Origin: an uncultured Ruminococcus sp. | GTDB lineage: Bacteria; Bacillota; Clostridia; Oscillospirales; CAG-272 | Direction: 5' to 3' | NCBI GenBank assembly: GCA_964621755.1 | Contig: CAZUPI010000007.1 | Coordinates: 7,016-71,015 of the forward strand | DNA length: 64,000 nt | Part shown: piece by piece, positions 15,891 to 25,775 of the stretch | How the letters are laid out: every line of letters starts with the position of its first letter | Position numbering within the stretch: position 1 is the stretch's first letter | Made by a program: the position numbers and the translations under genes | Notes under the pieces: generated by a model | The model's database searches: none | What the model was told of the DNA's origin: nothing | Seen by the model: the letters and a program-made list of their open reading frames with translations, nothing else

Positions 15891-17366
15891 TCAATCAAAC
15901 GGATTTTCCGTCGGATAGGGTATCGACTTCGGCTGGTTGTAAGAAATATCCACAATACCGATATACTTCAATACTTCGTAAATCGCCTTGCCGTGATTTC
16001 CGAACGCCACTGCGCCGTGGTGCGGGAATCTCTTTTCAATCAGCACATGACGGTAGAATCGGTCCATTTCCGGAATCGCAAACGCGCCGATAGAACCGAA
16101 GCTTTCGCAGTCAACGTCGAGTACTTCACCCTGCGCAATGTACGCGCGGAGCTTTGTATCCGCCGTGCCCTGAAGCCGGAACAGCGTAATTGCACCCGGT
16201 TTAATGTTCCCTTCAAGTGTGCCGCGGGTAATATCCGGCTCGGGAAGCTCAGGTTCAAGGTCACGCTTCATGATGAGCTGGTATCCCATGTGCGGATTTT
16301 TAAGCAGCTTCGAGCATGTGTTGCCGCAATGGAAGCCCATGAATGTCTCCGTCAGCTTCGCGCTGCACTTGCCGCAAATCGACTTGTCGTAAATCGACTT
16401 CGGAACCGTGTTGTTGATGTCGAGCAGCGTCACAGGCGCACCCGATACACAGATTCCTATGTATTCGGACAGCACCCCGTAAATGTCAACCTCGCAAGAT
16501 ACCGGGATACCCATCGCCGTCAGGCGGCTGTTGACATAGCACGGTACAAACTTGAACTCCGTCTGGAACGCAGGCCAGCACTTCCCGGCAAACGCAACAT
16601 AGTCTCGCGCACCCTTATGCTGCTCCGCCCAGTCAAGCAGGGTCAGCTCGTACTGCGCAAGCCGCGGAATAATTCCCGCATACTTATTGTCAGGACCAAG
16701 TTCCGCTTCCATTTCCGCCACTTTTTCAGGAATGCGCGGGTCGCCGGTATGCTTGTTGTAAGCCACCAAAAGGTCAAGCTCGGAGTTTTCTTCCACTGCA
16801 ACACCAAGGTCATACAACGGCTTTACCGGACCGTTGCACGCCAGAAAATCGTCCGGCCGAGGTCCAAAGGTGATCACCTTCAGTCCCTTCAGTCCAAGTA
16901 TTGCGCGGGATATCGGCACGAATTCGCGCACCTTTTCCGCAAGCTCTTCCGCATTTCCCACCGGGTAGGACGGAATGTAGGCAGTCTTACCGCGCAGTCC
17001 GAGGTTGTAAGAGCAGTTGAGCATACCGCAGTAAGCGTCGCCGCGCCCGTCGTGCAGATCGCCATCTCCCTCGGCGGCGGCAGCATACATGATGGGACCA
17101 TCAAACCATTCAGCAATGAGCGTCTCCGGTGTCTCAGGACCAAAGTTGCCAAGGAACACGAACAGGGCGTTTACACCGTGCGCCTTTACGTCCGCCACTG
17201 CCTTCTTTGCATCAAGCTCATTTTCCACTGTTACGGGACATTCGTACAGTTCTCCACCGTACGCTTTAACAAGCGCTGTGCGGCGGCGTTCGGACAATGC
17301 CTTCGGGAAGCAGCTTCGCGAAACCGCGATAATGCCGAGTTTTACCTCCGGAATGTTGTATATCAT
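15891..17366 (-). CDS. L-fucose/L-arabinose isomerase family protein
   Basis: 491 aa. N-terminus KLGIIAVSRSCFPKALSERR...VFLGNFGPE and overall collinearity with the fucose-isomerase-like family (from recall). Confidence 0.7.
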   Translation of the reverse strand: MIYNIPEVKLGIIAVSRSCFPKALSERRRTALVKAYGGELYECPVTVENELDAKKAVADVKAHGVNALFVFLGNFGPETPETLIAEWFDGPIMYAAAAEGDGDLHDGRGDAYCGMLNCSYNLGLRGKTAYIPSYPVGNAEELAEKVREFVPISRAILGLKGLKVITFGPRPDDFLACNGPVKPLYDLGVAVEENSELDLLVAYNKHTGDPRIPEKVAEMEAELGPDNKYAGIIPRLAQYELTLLDWAEQHKGARDYVAFAGKCWPAFQTEFKFVPCYVNSRLTAMGIPVSCEVDIYGVLSEYIGICVSGAPVTLLDINNTVPKSIYDKSICGKCSAKLTETFMGFHCGNTCSKLLKNPHMGYQLIMKRDLEPELPEPDITRGTLEGNIKPGAITLFRLQGTADTKLRAYIAQGEVLDVDCESFGSIGAFAIPEMDRFYRHVLIEKRFPHHGAVAFGNHGKAIYEVLKYIGIVDISYNQPKSIPYPTENPFD

Positions 17367-17613
17367 AAAAATCCTCCTCGGAATATAATTTTGTAGACAC
17401 CTTCATTTTACATGGTTTTCTTCGATATGTCAACTGTTTTTTTACATCATTTGTACGGAAGCATTTGCTTTTAAATTGAATCGAGGGGATGAAAATGCAG
17501 CGTAATAACGTACTCTTGTGAGCGTTCACAAAGTGGGGTATAATTTTATCAAGAATCGGTTCTACATTAAAAATCTCACTTCCGGAGTTCTCGCGCCAGA
17601 TTCTCCTTCTGTA

Positions 17614-17643
17614 CAAAGGACACGGGATTTCCCGTGTCCTTTG
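17614..17643. terminator. Hairpin terminator downstream of the sigma-factor gene
   Basis: CAAAGGACACGGG-attt-CCCGTGTCCTTTG. Confidence 0.6.
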
Positions 17644-17680
17644 TTAATTCATTTTCTATTTTTCCCTGAGAAAAGTACCT

Positions 17681-20197
17681 TTACAGCTGTCTTACGCCGC
17701 AGCGATTGGCAAATAAAACATTGCCGCTGACGGTATATTCCGCCCAGCCGATGTAGCCGTCGGTGAGACCGATGGCGTCGTAGCGCCGTACCATACCTTC
17801 GCAGAGGGGCATATAGCCGCGTCCGCGTCCGGTATAGGAGGTCAGGTCGTACGTGCTGCGGCGTTCGCCGTTTTTGTAGTCGGTCACGACGCGCACGATG
17901 CCGATGCTGCGGGCAAAATAGTATTCCTTGTGTCCGCAGCGGTAATAGAGCCCGCCGCTTAAGCCGTCGATGTCGAGAGACAGTTTGAGACAGTCGTCGA
18001 AGATTCCGGCAGGTGTCGTGATAGAGTCGACCGCTTCACAGGTCAGTTTGGTTTTAACTTTGCTGCGATAAATGTTAGCATCAAGCTCCAATGACGCGCC
18101 GGGCGCCCAGTCGGCAGACCATAACACACCGGTCGCATCCGTGAAGATTCCATAAATATCGTTGAACAGCAGCGGATAGCCCGCATCCCCTTCGCCAATA
18201 TAGCTCATGTCTTTCCATTCAAACGAATATTCACGGTCATCATCGATAACGTTACGTCCTTCGTTATCCTTAGCAATTTTCAGATACTCGAAGAAATTCC
18301 AGTGACCGGACATGGTTCGAGATGGGTTAAATTCCCCATCTGTGTCCATGATTCTCTGCATGACGGAGCAGGCCGCATTGGTGTGCGCGATCTGGAACGG
18401 GGTTTGGGCAAGGGCCTGGGCGCGTTCCATTTGGAAGGAAACGTCCTTCAAGTGTTCCTGACCATCCTCGCTTTCCGTACAGTATTCCCCCCGCATGGCG
18501 AGCATCATATCTTTCCAATCATTTTCGTCGTACTTTGTCTTGATGAAGTGGTAATAATGGGCTACTGAAACGTTCGTTCCATCGGCGCCGACTATTTCGG
18601 CCGTAATCCGACAGTCCTGCGTAGGGGAAAGGTCCTCGAAGCCATATTCCCAGCGGTTTCCAGCTGCGCAGGGAAGAAGTCCGTCTCCGCCCACGAGATG
18701 ATATTCCTTCAAGACAGTCGCCGTCGTTCCGGAAGATTGGATCATCTCCTGCTTCACGACGCCGACGCCGCTCTTGAGATACGTTTTTGTGGTATTCGAT
18801 CCCTTTTTCGTGATCCACAGCTCGCAGTTTTCAAAGGTGCCGCAAGGGGTCGTGATGGGAAGGGAGTCCGCTTCAAAGGTGAGGCTGCTCTTATCCGTAC
18901 CGTTGTACGTTTCCCCGAGCTTCAAGCCGTACGGAGGAAAATAACGGTCACAGTCTGCGAGGTTATAGAGAATGTACATGGGCTGATAATTTTCGATGCC
19001 AAATCCGAATGCGTATCCCGGCTGGCTGATAAGGCGCAGATTGCCATCTATTACACGGTAGTTTTCGGAATAACAGTGGATATCATACCGACCTTGCGAA
19101 AGGTCACCGAGTTCACTGATTTTTTTACGCGCTTTTTTTACGGAGAAAACGTTTGCGTAATAAACGTCAGTGGGTTTTAGAAGAGAAAGAACTTTGTCAA
19201 GTGCTTCCTGCCCCCTCTTTTCATCGTTTTTTATGAAGTATTCCCGTGCCAGCCAGAACCACGTTTCTCCGAGCGCTTTCGGGTAGTTCCCGGCTTCCAG
19301 ACGCGGGATTTGTTTGTCACGTATGAATTCGATCAGCGCGTTTCCGGATAGATTTTCACGTTCGATTGTAGAGACGGTCCCCATCACTTCATCGTTGTGA
19401 CTGCGTTCGGCCGCGTCGCGGAGCCGTGCGAGATATTCATCGCTTTTGACTCCCTTCACGCTCCACCAGCCAACTTTCAAGACGTCGGCTAGGGCGCTGT
19501 ATTTTTTCGTGGATTCCGGCAGCGCTTCGATTTCCGGCAAAAGTGCGTGGTAGGCGGCTTCAATCGGCGAGCGGTCATTGTTCAACAGCATGAGTTTGAG
19601 TTCTTCGACTTTTTTCATTACTTTTTCCACCAGGGTGTTGCTTTCAAGTTCGTTCATTGCACACAAATCCTTTCTGATTTTCTGACGACCGTCGTGAAGC
19701 TGCCACTTGACTGTCCCCACCGCCGTCCGTGTCCGTTCCGCGATTTCAGCGATGGAGAGTCCCTCAAAGTAGTGCAGGTAAATGACCCGCTTCACCTTAT
19801 CGGGCAGCCCCTTGATGCTGTCGTGCAGTTTTTCGTTGTTTTCGTCCGGTATAAGAAACCCCTCGATGTACTCGTTATGGTCGTACTCATAGCGCACCAG
19901 AACGTCGAAATCCATGTATTCCCGCACGCGTACAAGCATATTTTTTGCGCAGTTTTTTGCAATGCGGCAAACCCACACGCCGTATTTGGAGGGTTCTCGC
20001 AGCGTATCCAGCTTCATCCACGCGGCAACAAACGCATCCTGTGCGGCGTCCTCGGCCATATATTGATTATGTACGACCGAGTAAGCTGAAGCGGTGACTG
20101 CATTCTGATATCGGATTACGAGTGCTTCGTAGGCTTCCTGCATGCCGGTAAGCGTCAAATTCACCAGTATTTCGTCATTCTGTTCCGAATAAATCAT
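17681..20197 (-). CDS. ECF-type sigma-70 family factor fused to a soluble C-terminal extension of about 650 aa
   Basis: Region 2 (DAAQDAFVAAWMKL, VWVCRIAKNCAKN) and region 4.2 (LSIAEIAERTRTAVGTVKWQLHDGRQKI) fall in the first about 180 aa. The rest has no TM segment. It has a TPR-like stretch and two related beta-rich modules (ITTPCGTFENCELW... and ITTPAGIFDDCLKL...). Confidence 0.8.
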   Translation of the reverse strand: MIYSEQNDEILVNLTLTGMQEAYEALVIRYQNAVTASAYSVVHNQYMAEDAAQDAFVAAWMKLDTLREPSKYGVWVCRIAKNCAKNMLVRVREYMDFDVLVRYEYDHNEYIEGFLIPDENNEKLHDSIKGLPDKVKRVIYLHYFEGLSIAEIAERTRTAVGTVKWQLHDGRQKIRKDLCAMNELESNTLVEKVMKKVEELKLMLLNNDRSPIEAAYHALLPEIEALPESTKKYSALADVLKVGWWSVKGVKSDEYLARLRDAAERSHNDEVMGTVSTIERENLSGNALIEFIRDKQIPRLEAGNYPKALGETWFWLAREYFIKNDEKRGQEALDKVLSLLKPTDVYYANVFSVKKARKKISELGDLSQGRYDIHCYSENYRVIDGNLRLISQPGYAFGFGIENYQPMYILYNLADCDRYFPPYGLKLGETYNGTDKSSLTFEADSLPITTPCGTFENCELWITKKGSNTTKTYLKSGVGVVKQEMIQSSGTTATVLKEYHLVGGDGLLPCAAGNRWEYGFEDLSPTQDCRITAEIVGADGTNVSVAHYYHFIKTKYDENDWKDMMLAMRGEYCTESEDGQEHLKDVSFQMERAQALAQTPFQIAHTNAACSVMQRIMDTDGEFNPSRTMSGHWNFFEYLKIAKDNEGRNVIDDDREYSFEWKDMSYIGEGDAGYPLLFNDIYGIFTDATGVLWSADWAPGASLELDANIYRSKVKTKLTCEAVDSITTPAGIFDDCLKLSLDIDGLSGGLYYRCGHKEYYFARSIGIVRVVTDYKNGERRSTYDLTSYTGRGRGYMPLCEGMVRRYDAIGLTDGYIGWAEYTVSGNVLFANRCGVRQL

Positions 20198-20429
20198 GAT
20201 ACATCCTTCCTGAAGTTTCGTATATCTTTTTGCAGCTGCTATAATATAGACAATCGAAAAGTGTAAAAGGTTGGCGCAAAGAAAAATTTATGAAAAAAAA
20301 TTATTTTTTTGTGGTGAGAACGATGGGGAACTTTTGAGGGAGAAGCGACTATACGGCCGCTGGTTTACCTATTTGTTATTCAAAAAGTTCCTCTGTGGAT
20401 TTCCTCGTTTTTTCCACACATAAATTTGC

Positions 20430-20460
20430 GGGGAAAAACTTTTTGAAAAAGACTTTCCCC
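20430..20460 (-). terminator. Hairpin terminator downstream of ackA
   Basis: GGGGAAAAACTTTTT-g-AAAAAGACTTTCCCC (imperfect stem). Confidence 0.55.
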
Positions 20461-20484
20461 GTAATTTTGTGGAATTTTATGTTT

Positions 20485-21699
20485 TTATTTCTTAAGAGCC
20501 TTCACGATATCTTCGGTATCGGAGGCAATCATAAGTTCTTCATTTGTAGGCAAAACGTATACTTTAACCTTGGAGTTCGGAGTAGAGATTTCGACGGTGT
20601 TGGGCTGGTGATGCGTCTTTGCGTTCAGTTCACGGTCGATTTCAATTCCGAAGTATTCCATATTTGTGCAGGCTCTGTCGCGGAGTTCGGGATTGTTTTC
20701 GCCCATGCCCGCCGTCCATACGACAGCGTCGAGCCCGTTCATAGCAGCAGCATACGAGCCGATATACTTCTTCACCTGATATGCGAGCGTGGAGGCGGTC
20801 AAGTATGCTCTCTTGTCGCCCTTCAGAATGGCAGCCTCAATGTCACGGCTGTCGGAAGAAATGCCGGAAAGTCCGAGAAATCCGCACTTCTTGTTCATGT
20901 ATTCGCTCATTTCGTCCGGAGTATAGCCTTCTTTGTTCATGATGTATGTTACCACAGCCGGGTCGATAGAGCCGCAGCGTGTACCCATCATTACGCCCTC
21001 AAGAGGAGTGAAGCCCATGGAGGTATCAATGCACTTGCCGCCTTTTACAGCTGTAATCGACGAACCGTTTCCGATGTGGCAGGTGATAATTTTTGTCTCT
21101 TCGAGCGGCTTGTCAAGCAGTTTTGCCATCTCGCGGGATACAAATCTGTGGGAGGTACCGTGCGCGCCATAGCGGCGGATGTGGTACTTTTCGTACATAT
21201 CGTATGAGAGACCGTACATATAAGCCTGCTCCGGCATTGTCTGATGGAACGCGGTGTCGAATACGAGAACCTGCGGTTTATCCGGCATAACGGCGAGGCA
21301 ACCCTTGATACCCATGATGTGTGCGCCTGTGTGAAGCGGAGCAAAATCGCGGCACAGCTCGAGCTTTTCGAGAACTTCATCCGTGAGAAGAACCGATTCA
21401 AAGAAGTAAGGACCGCCGTGCACAACGCGATGTCCGACTGCTTCAATCTCGTTCATGTCTGAGATAACGCCCACCTCAGGGCTTGTCAGATACTTTACAA
21501 CAACGTTTGTTGCAACTGCATGGTCCGGCATCGGGATTTCTGCCTTTATTTTTTCGCCGGATTCTCCTTTTCTATGCTCGATACGGCCGTCAATACCGAT
21601 TCTCTCGCAGATACCCTTTGCGAGGACAGATGCTGTGGCGGTGTCGAAAAGCTGATATTTCAGGGATGAAGAACCTGCGTTTACGACTAAAACTTTCAT
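20485..21699 (-). CDS. ackA: Acetate kinase
   Basis: MKVLVVNAGSSSLKYQLFD N-terminus; length and motifs throughout are typical of AckA. Confidence 0.95.
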   Translation of the reverse strand: MKVLVVNAGSSSLKYQLFDTATASVLAKGICERIGIDGRIEHRKGESGEKIKAEIPMPDHAVATNVVVKYLTSPEVGVISDMNEIEAVGHRVVHGGPYFFESVLLTDEVLEKLELCRDFAPLHTGAHIMGIKGCLAVMPDKPQVLVFDTAFHQTMPEQAYMYGLSYDMYEKYHIRRYGAHGTSHRFVSREMAKLLDKPLEETKIITCHIGNGSSITAVKGGKCIDTSMGFTPLEGVMMGTRCGSIDPAVVTYIMNKEGYTPDEMSEYMNKKCGFLGLSGISSDSRDIEAAILKGDKRAYLTASTLAYQVKKYIGSYAAAMNGLDAVVWTAGMGENNPELRDRACTNMEYFGIEIDRELNAKTHHQPNTVEISTPNSKVKVYVLPTNEELMIASDTEDIVKALKK

Positions 21700-21828
21700 T
21701 TTGCCAAATTTCCTCCGAATTATTTAAAAATGTATTTGACAGTAAATTTTTCATACTGTATAATTATATATGAAAATCGATAAAAAAACAAGATATTTCA
21801 AACTATTCATAGGAAATTACAAAATATA

Positions 21829-22926
21829 ATGAAATTAGAAACTATAATTTGTGAATTAAATCCAATTCACCTCGGTCATCAAGCCGTGATCAATCGCGCA
21901 AAATCGACCTCCGATGCGGTCGCAGCCGTTATGAGCGGAAATTTCACACAGAGAGCCGAGCCCGCGCTGTTTGACAAGTATACAAGAGCACAAGCTGCCA
22001 TTCTTGCCGGATGTGATATCGTCTTCGAGCTTCCATATCCGTGGTGCTCCGCCGGTATCGAAGGATTTGCCTGCGGCGGCGTCGCTGTTGCGGCAGGTAT
22101 TCTGACCGACGGACTCACTTGCGGTTCCGAATCGGGCAGCCTTACGTACGTGTCACAACTCGCCGACATCAAGGCGTCTGACGCCTTCAAATCCGCCATA
22201 ACCAAAACGGAATCCGCTTTCCGCGATGCTGGTGCCGCCGCTGTATTCGAGAAAGCCCTCGCAGGATTTGGCGTCACCGATATGCCCGGCGCAAACGATA
22301 AATTGGCTGCCGAGTACATTCGTTTCAGCAGGGAAACAGGAATTCGGAATGTTAACCTTGTGAAACGCCTGTCTGATGTGAAATCCGCAAGTGAACTTCG
22401 CCTGATGGATTTTCACTCATGCAGACCATACATTCCCACCGAAGCATACGAGTTTCTCACTGACGCTCATTCTTCCGATATCCACCAATATGACACAATT
22501 CTCTATCATCATGCCCGCCTGTATCTCACTGATACCACGAACCCACTTTTGCAAATCGCCGCAAAGAAAGCCCGCGCCGCCGTAAAAGCCGAAGCTTTTC
22601 TGCAAACCATCGCCACGAAAAAGTACACCGCCGCCAGAATGCGCCGGGAGTTGCTGTATTCCATCACGAATGTCCGGGCGGAATGGCTGAAAACGCCTCC
22701 GCGATATACCATTCTCCTCGCTGCAAATGAGCGCGGTCGAGCGTATCTCGCGGAAAACCGGAAAAAATTCACGTTCCCCGTGATTACAAAACCCGCCGAT
22801 TATGCCGTCTCGGATATGGAATCTGCAGAGCTCCGCCAGTGTCACGCTTTGGCGGACGAGCTGTACTGCCTGTTGAGCGGACTTTCTGCAGATTCTTTTA
22901 TGAAGCGTCATCCGGTTATGCTGTGA
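21829..22926 (+). CDS. tmcAL: tRNA(Met) cytidine acetate ligase (TmcAL/YlbM-like nucleotidyltransferase)
   Basis: ELNPIHLGHQ...AVMSGNFTQRAEPALFDKYTRAQAAILAGCDIVFELPY is collinear with B. subtilis YlbM/TmcAL. Confidence 0.7.
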   Translation: MKLETIICELNPIHLGHQAVINRAKSTSDAVAAVMSGNFTQRAEPALFDKYTRAQAAILAGCDIVFELPYPWCSAGIEGFACGGVAVAAGILTDGLTCGSESGSLTYVSQLADIKASDAFKSAITKTESAFRDAGAAAVFEKALAGFGVTDMPGANDKLAAEYIRFSRETGIRNVNLVKRLSDVKSASELRLMDFHSCRPYIPTEAYEFLTDAHSSDIHQYDTILYHHARLYLTDTTNPLLQIAAKKARAAVKAEAFLQTIATKKYTAARMRRELLYSITNVRAEWLKTPPRYTILLAANERGRAYLAENRKKFTFPVITKPADYAVSDMESAELRQCHALADELYCLLSGLSADSFMKRHPVML

Positions 22927-24150
22927 TTACCGATTCAGTGTGCAGCAGTAGGTGACCGTGCGGTAGCCGAGGTCGGTGGAATCAAAATTGCCGTTGCGGT
23001 GTTCGTTTGACAGAATCTGACTATCGTCGAACGGAATCGCGCCGCGCTTCATTGCCGCATTGGTAACATATTTGTAGGCGTAGCGGTAGAGTTCATCGCT
23101 TTTGTATTCGTCGCAAAGGGATATTTCGATGCAGTTGTTTATGACGAAATCGTGTGCATGCTGCAGTCCGCCGATACACAGACCGATGATTTTATCTCCA
23201 TAATATACGAAAAATTGGAAAATCGAGTGATTCTCACAGCCGAGAACATCACGGCGGTGGAATTCCCTTTTGATATAGTCAAGATGACGTGTGTTGAATC
23301 CGCGCGATAGCCAATAGTTTTCGTATGCTTCCATGTCGGCGTATGTGACTTCCTTCATTGTGATTCCATCGGGGGCTGTGAGTTCGAACGGTTCTCCAGT
23401 ATAGACCCGATTTGGGGTTCGGCATACTTTACTGATTGTCACGCCGCGTTTTGCGAGTTCTTCCCTGATAGTGGATTCGTCGTCGAGTGTGAAGATACAC
23501 ATGTTGAACCGGCTATCGGTGAACGTATTCATGTACCGTGCAATGGTGTCATAATCGCTTGCGCAAATGCTGACGTCGAACCCGCGGTCGGGCCATTCGT
23601 TAATCCAGATGAACCCGTCATCGAGACTGTCACCGTCGTAGAGAGCCGCGCCGCCGTTTACAACAAAGCAAATCGCTTCATAACCGAGACGGAGCGCATC
23701 GTTTTCGAGAATCCAGTCAATGGCGTCGTCGCGTGTCGCCTGTTTGAACTGCGGAAATTCATGCGTGATTCGCATACCCACGGTGTCATCATGGTACAGG
23801 TCACCGTAGAACATTTCTGTGTTCTGCATGGCCTCACGGTATTCGGTCGGTGTCTTGCCGTACTGTTTTTTAAACGCGCGTGAAAAGCTTTCGTGCGCCT
23901 CATATCCACATTCGAGCGCGATGTCGAGGATGTCCCGGTCGGTCATACGGAGGAGGAACATTGCCTTTTTCAGCCGACGAAAACGGATGTATCCCATCAC
24001 ATTGAATCCAGTGTGGGCGGCAAAAATACGGTTGAAGTAGTCAGTGGAGAACCCCGCGTGGCTGGCAACGTCTTCGATAGACATGTCGCTTTTTCCGGCT
24101 TCGGACCGGATATATGCCAATGCCTTTGTTATCAGTTCGCTGTTTTCCAT
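22927..24150 (-). CDS. AraC-family transcriptional regulator with an uncharacterised C-terminal domain of about 290 aa
   Basis: N-terminal double HTH (IEDVASHAGFSTDYFNRIF...ILDIALECGYEAHESFSRAFKKQYGKTPTEYR). Its stop abuts the tmcAL stop with no spacer. Confidence 0.8.
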   Translation of the reverse strand: MENSELITKALAYIRSEAGKSDMSIEDVASHAGFSTDYFNRIFAAHTGFNVMGYIRFRRLKKAMFLLRMTDRDILDIALECGYEAHESFSRAFKKQYGKTPTEYREAMQNTEMFYGDLYHDDTVGMRITHEFPQFKQATRDDAIDWILENDALRLGYEAICFVVNGGAALYDGDSLDDGFIWINEWPDRGFDVSICASDYDTIARYMNTFTDSRFNMCIFTLDDESTIREELAKRGVTISKVCRTPNRVYTGEPFELTAPDGITMKEVTYADMEAYENYWLSRGFNTRHLDYIKREFHRRDVLGCENHSIFQFFVYYGDKIIGLCIGGLQHAHDFVINNCIEISLCDEYKSDELYRYAYKYVTNAAMKRGAIPFDDSQILSNEHRNGNFDSTDLGYRTVTYCCTLNR

Positions 24151-24280
24151 AAAATTATTCCTTAAAAATGGTGATATCGGGTACCCATAGCTACATTATA
24201 CAGCAAGGACGTTGGTTTTGTCTTGACTGAAAACGCGAAGAAACAAAAAGCGGACAGATTTTCGTCTGTCCGTTTTGGTT

Positions 24281-24898
24281 TTACTCGATATACTCCCGAA
24301 TCCGGAATCCTGCTCCAATATCGGATGCGATTTTTGCACAGCGGTCGAGGTCCGTGTCGGGGATGGTGCCGCGGATGGCGGTGAGGACGACTTTGGGAAC
24401 GTACTTGACAACTTCGCGGGCAAATTTGATGACGCCGGTGAAGGTGTCATCCCCGAATTTCGGGCGGCATAGTTTGGTATATGTATCGGGGTCGGCGGCG
24501 TTCAAGCTTATCGAAACGCAGTCGACCAGACCACGGAACATCGGCGCGGTGTCCTCCTTCATGATGAGAGAGGCGTGCCCGTTCGTATTTACGCGAATCG
24601 GCGTGGTCGTCACTTCACGGATTTTCTTGCAGGTCGAGAGCATGTCGTAAAGCCGGCACGCAGGCTCACCGAAGCCGCAGAAAACGATTTCGTTGAACTT
24701 GTTCAGGTTGTATGAGGTCACGTCGGTGATGATTTCCTCTAAAGTAGGTTCGCGTTCCAGTCGCAAATCGGCGAAGACCCCCGTGTGAGCGGTTTCACGA
24801 ATACAGAATTCACATCTGTTCGTACAGTGATTCGTAAGATTCACGTACAAATTGTTCTTTATAACGTATGTTATAACCATGAGTTCCTCCATGCTCAA
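24281..24898 (-). CDS. Radical SAM protein, TatD-associated type
   Basis: CTNRCEFC (CxxxCxxC) near the N-terminus; 205 aa; located immediately downstream of tatD. Confidence 0.75.
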   Translation of the reverse strand: MSMEELMVITYVIKNNLYVNLTNHCTNRCEFCIRETAHTGVFADLRLEREPTLEEIITDVTSYNLNKFNEIVFCGFGEPACRLYDMLSTCKKIREVTTTPIRVNTNGHASLIMKEDTAPMFRGLVDCVSISLNAADPDTYTKLCRPKFGDDTFTGVIKFAREVVKYVPKVVLTAIRGTIPDTDLDRCAKIASDIGAGFRIREYIE

Positions 24899-24977
24899 GA
24901 GCCGGAATTTTGCCGGTTCGGGGGCTTGTGAACCCCCGAACCTTTTGAAAAAGTTTTATTAGGTTTGGTGGCTGGTG

Positions 24978-25775
24978 CTATAGCTCCTCTATTCTAAACA
25001 GACGACACGCATTTTGCAGAGTTGCTTCTGCGATATACTCCGGCGATGCTCCGCGAATCGCGGCAACAACCTCACAGGTGTAGTGCATGTATCCCGAATA
25101 GTTCAGTTCGCCGCGATGAGGAACCGGCGGGAGATATGGACAGTCTGTTTCAATCAGGAGTCGGTTCTCTGGGACTATGGCTGCCGCTTCCTTTACCTTG
25201 TTTGCGTTTTTGTATGTTACAGGGCCGGAAAACGATACATACCATCCCTTGTCACAAAGCTGTCTCGCCACTTCTGCACTGCCGCTGAAGCTGTGCATGA
25301 CCCCGCGTGCTGCCGGATGGCGCGATATCATCTCAAGGGTGTCCCCCATTGCGTCACGGGAGTGGATGATGACCGAAAGCCCAACTTCCTCCGCAAGGGT
25401 CAGCTGCGCATCGAAATACTTCGCCTGACAGCTGCGGTCTGTGTCGTCGTAGTGGTAGTCAAACCCGATTTCGCCAATTGCAACAACCTTGCTGCGCGCT
25501 GCGAGCTCACGCAGACACCGTAACGCCTCGTCCATTTCGTCGATGCCGATTTCCTGCGAATCGCTTGGATGGATTCCAACCGCCGCCCAGATGAAGTCAT
25601 ACTTTTCTGCGAGGGATACAGAGCCCGCGGACGAGGCTAAGTTTGCTCCCACGTTGATAATCCCGCAGACTCCCTGATCGTGTGCTGCTTTTATCGCACC
25701 GTGCGTACCGCCTTCGAATTCCTTCTCGAAACGCTTGTCATCGTAGTGCGCGTGTGAGTCAAATAATCGAAGCAT
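24978..25775 (-). CDS. tatD: TatD-family metal-dependent hydrolase/DNase
   Basis: FDSHAHYDD start, plus GEIGFDYHY, IIHSRDA and ETDCPYL motifs. The start overlaps the metG stop. Confidence 0.9.
   Translation of the reverse strand: MLRLFDSHAHYDDKRFEKEFEGGTHGAIKAAHDQGVCGIINVGANLASSAGSVSLAEKYDFIWAAVGIHPSDSQEIGIDEMDEALRCLRELAARSKVVAIGEIGFDYHYDDTDRSCQAKYFDAQLTLAEEVGLSVIIHSRDAMGDTLEMISRHPAARGVMHSFSGSAEVARQLCDKGWYVSFSGPVTYKNANKVKEAAAIVPENRLLIETDCPYLPPVPHRGELNYSGYMHYTCEVVAAIRGASPEYIAEATLQNACRLFRIEEL

Noticed and set aside
15876-17396. 506-aa plus-strand ORF, longer than the gene it overlaps
   Set aside because: It is the antisense shadow of the fucose-isomerase-like gene (15891..17366). The translation is Arg-rich and low-complexity (RxxR runs), has no RBS and no recognisable motifs, while the minus-strand product has clear family features.
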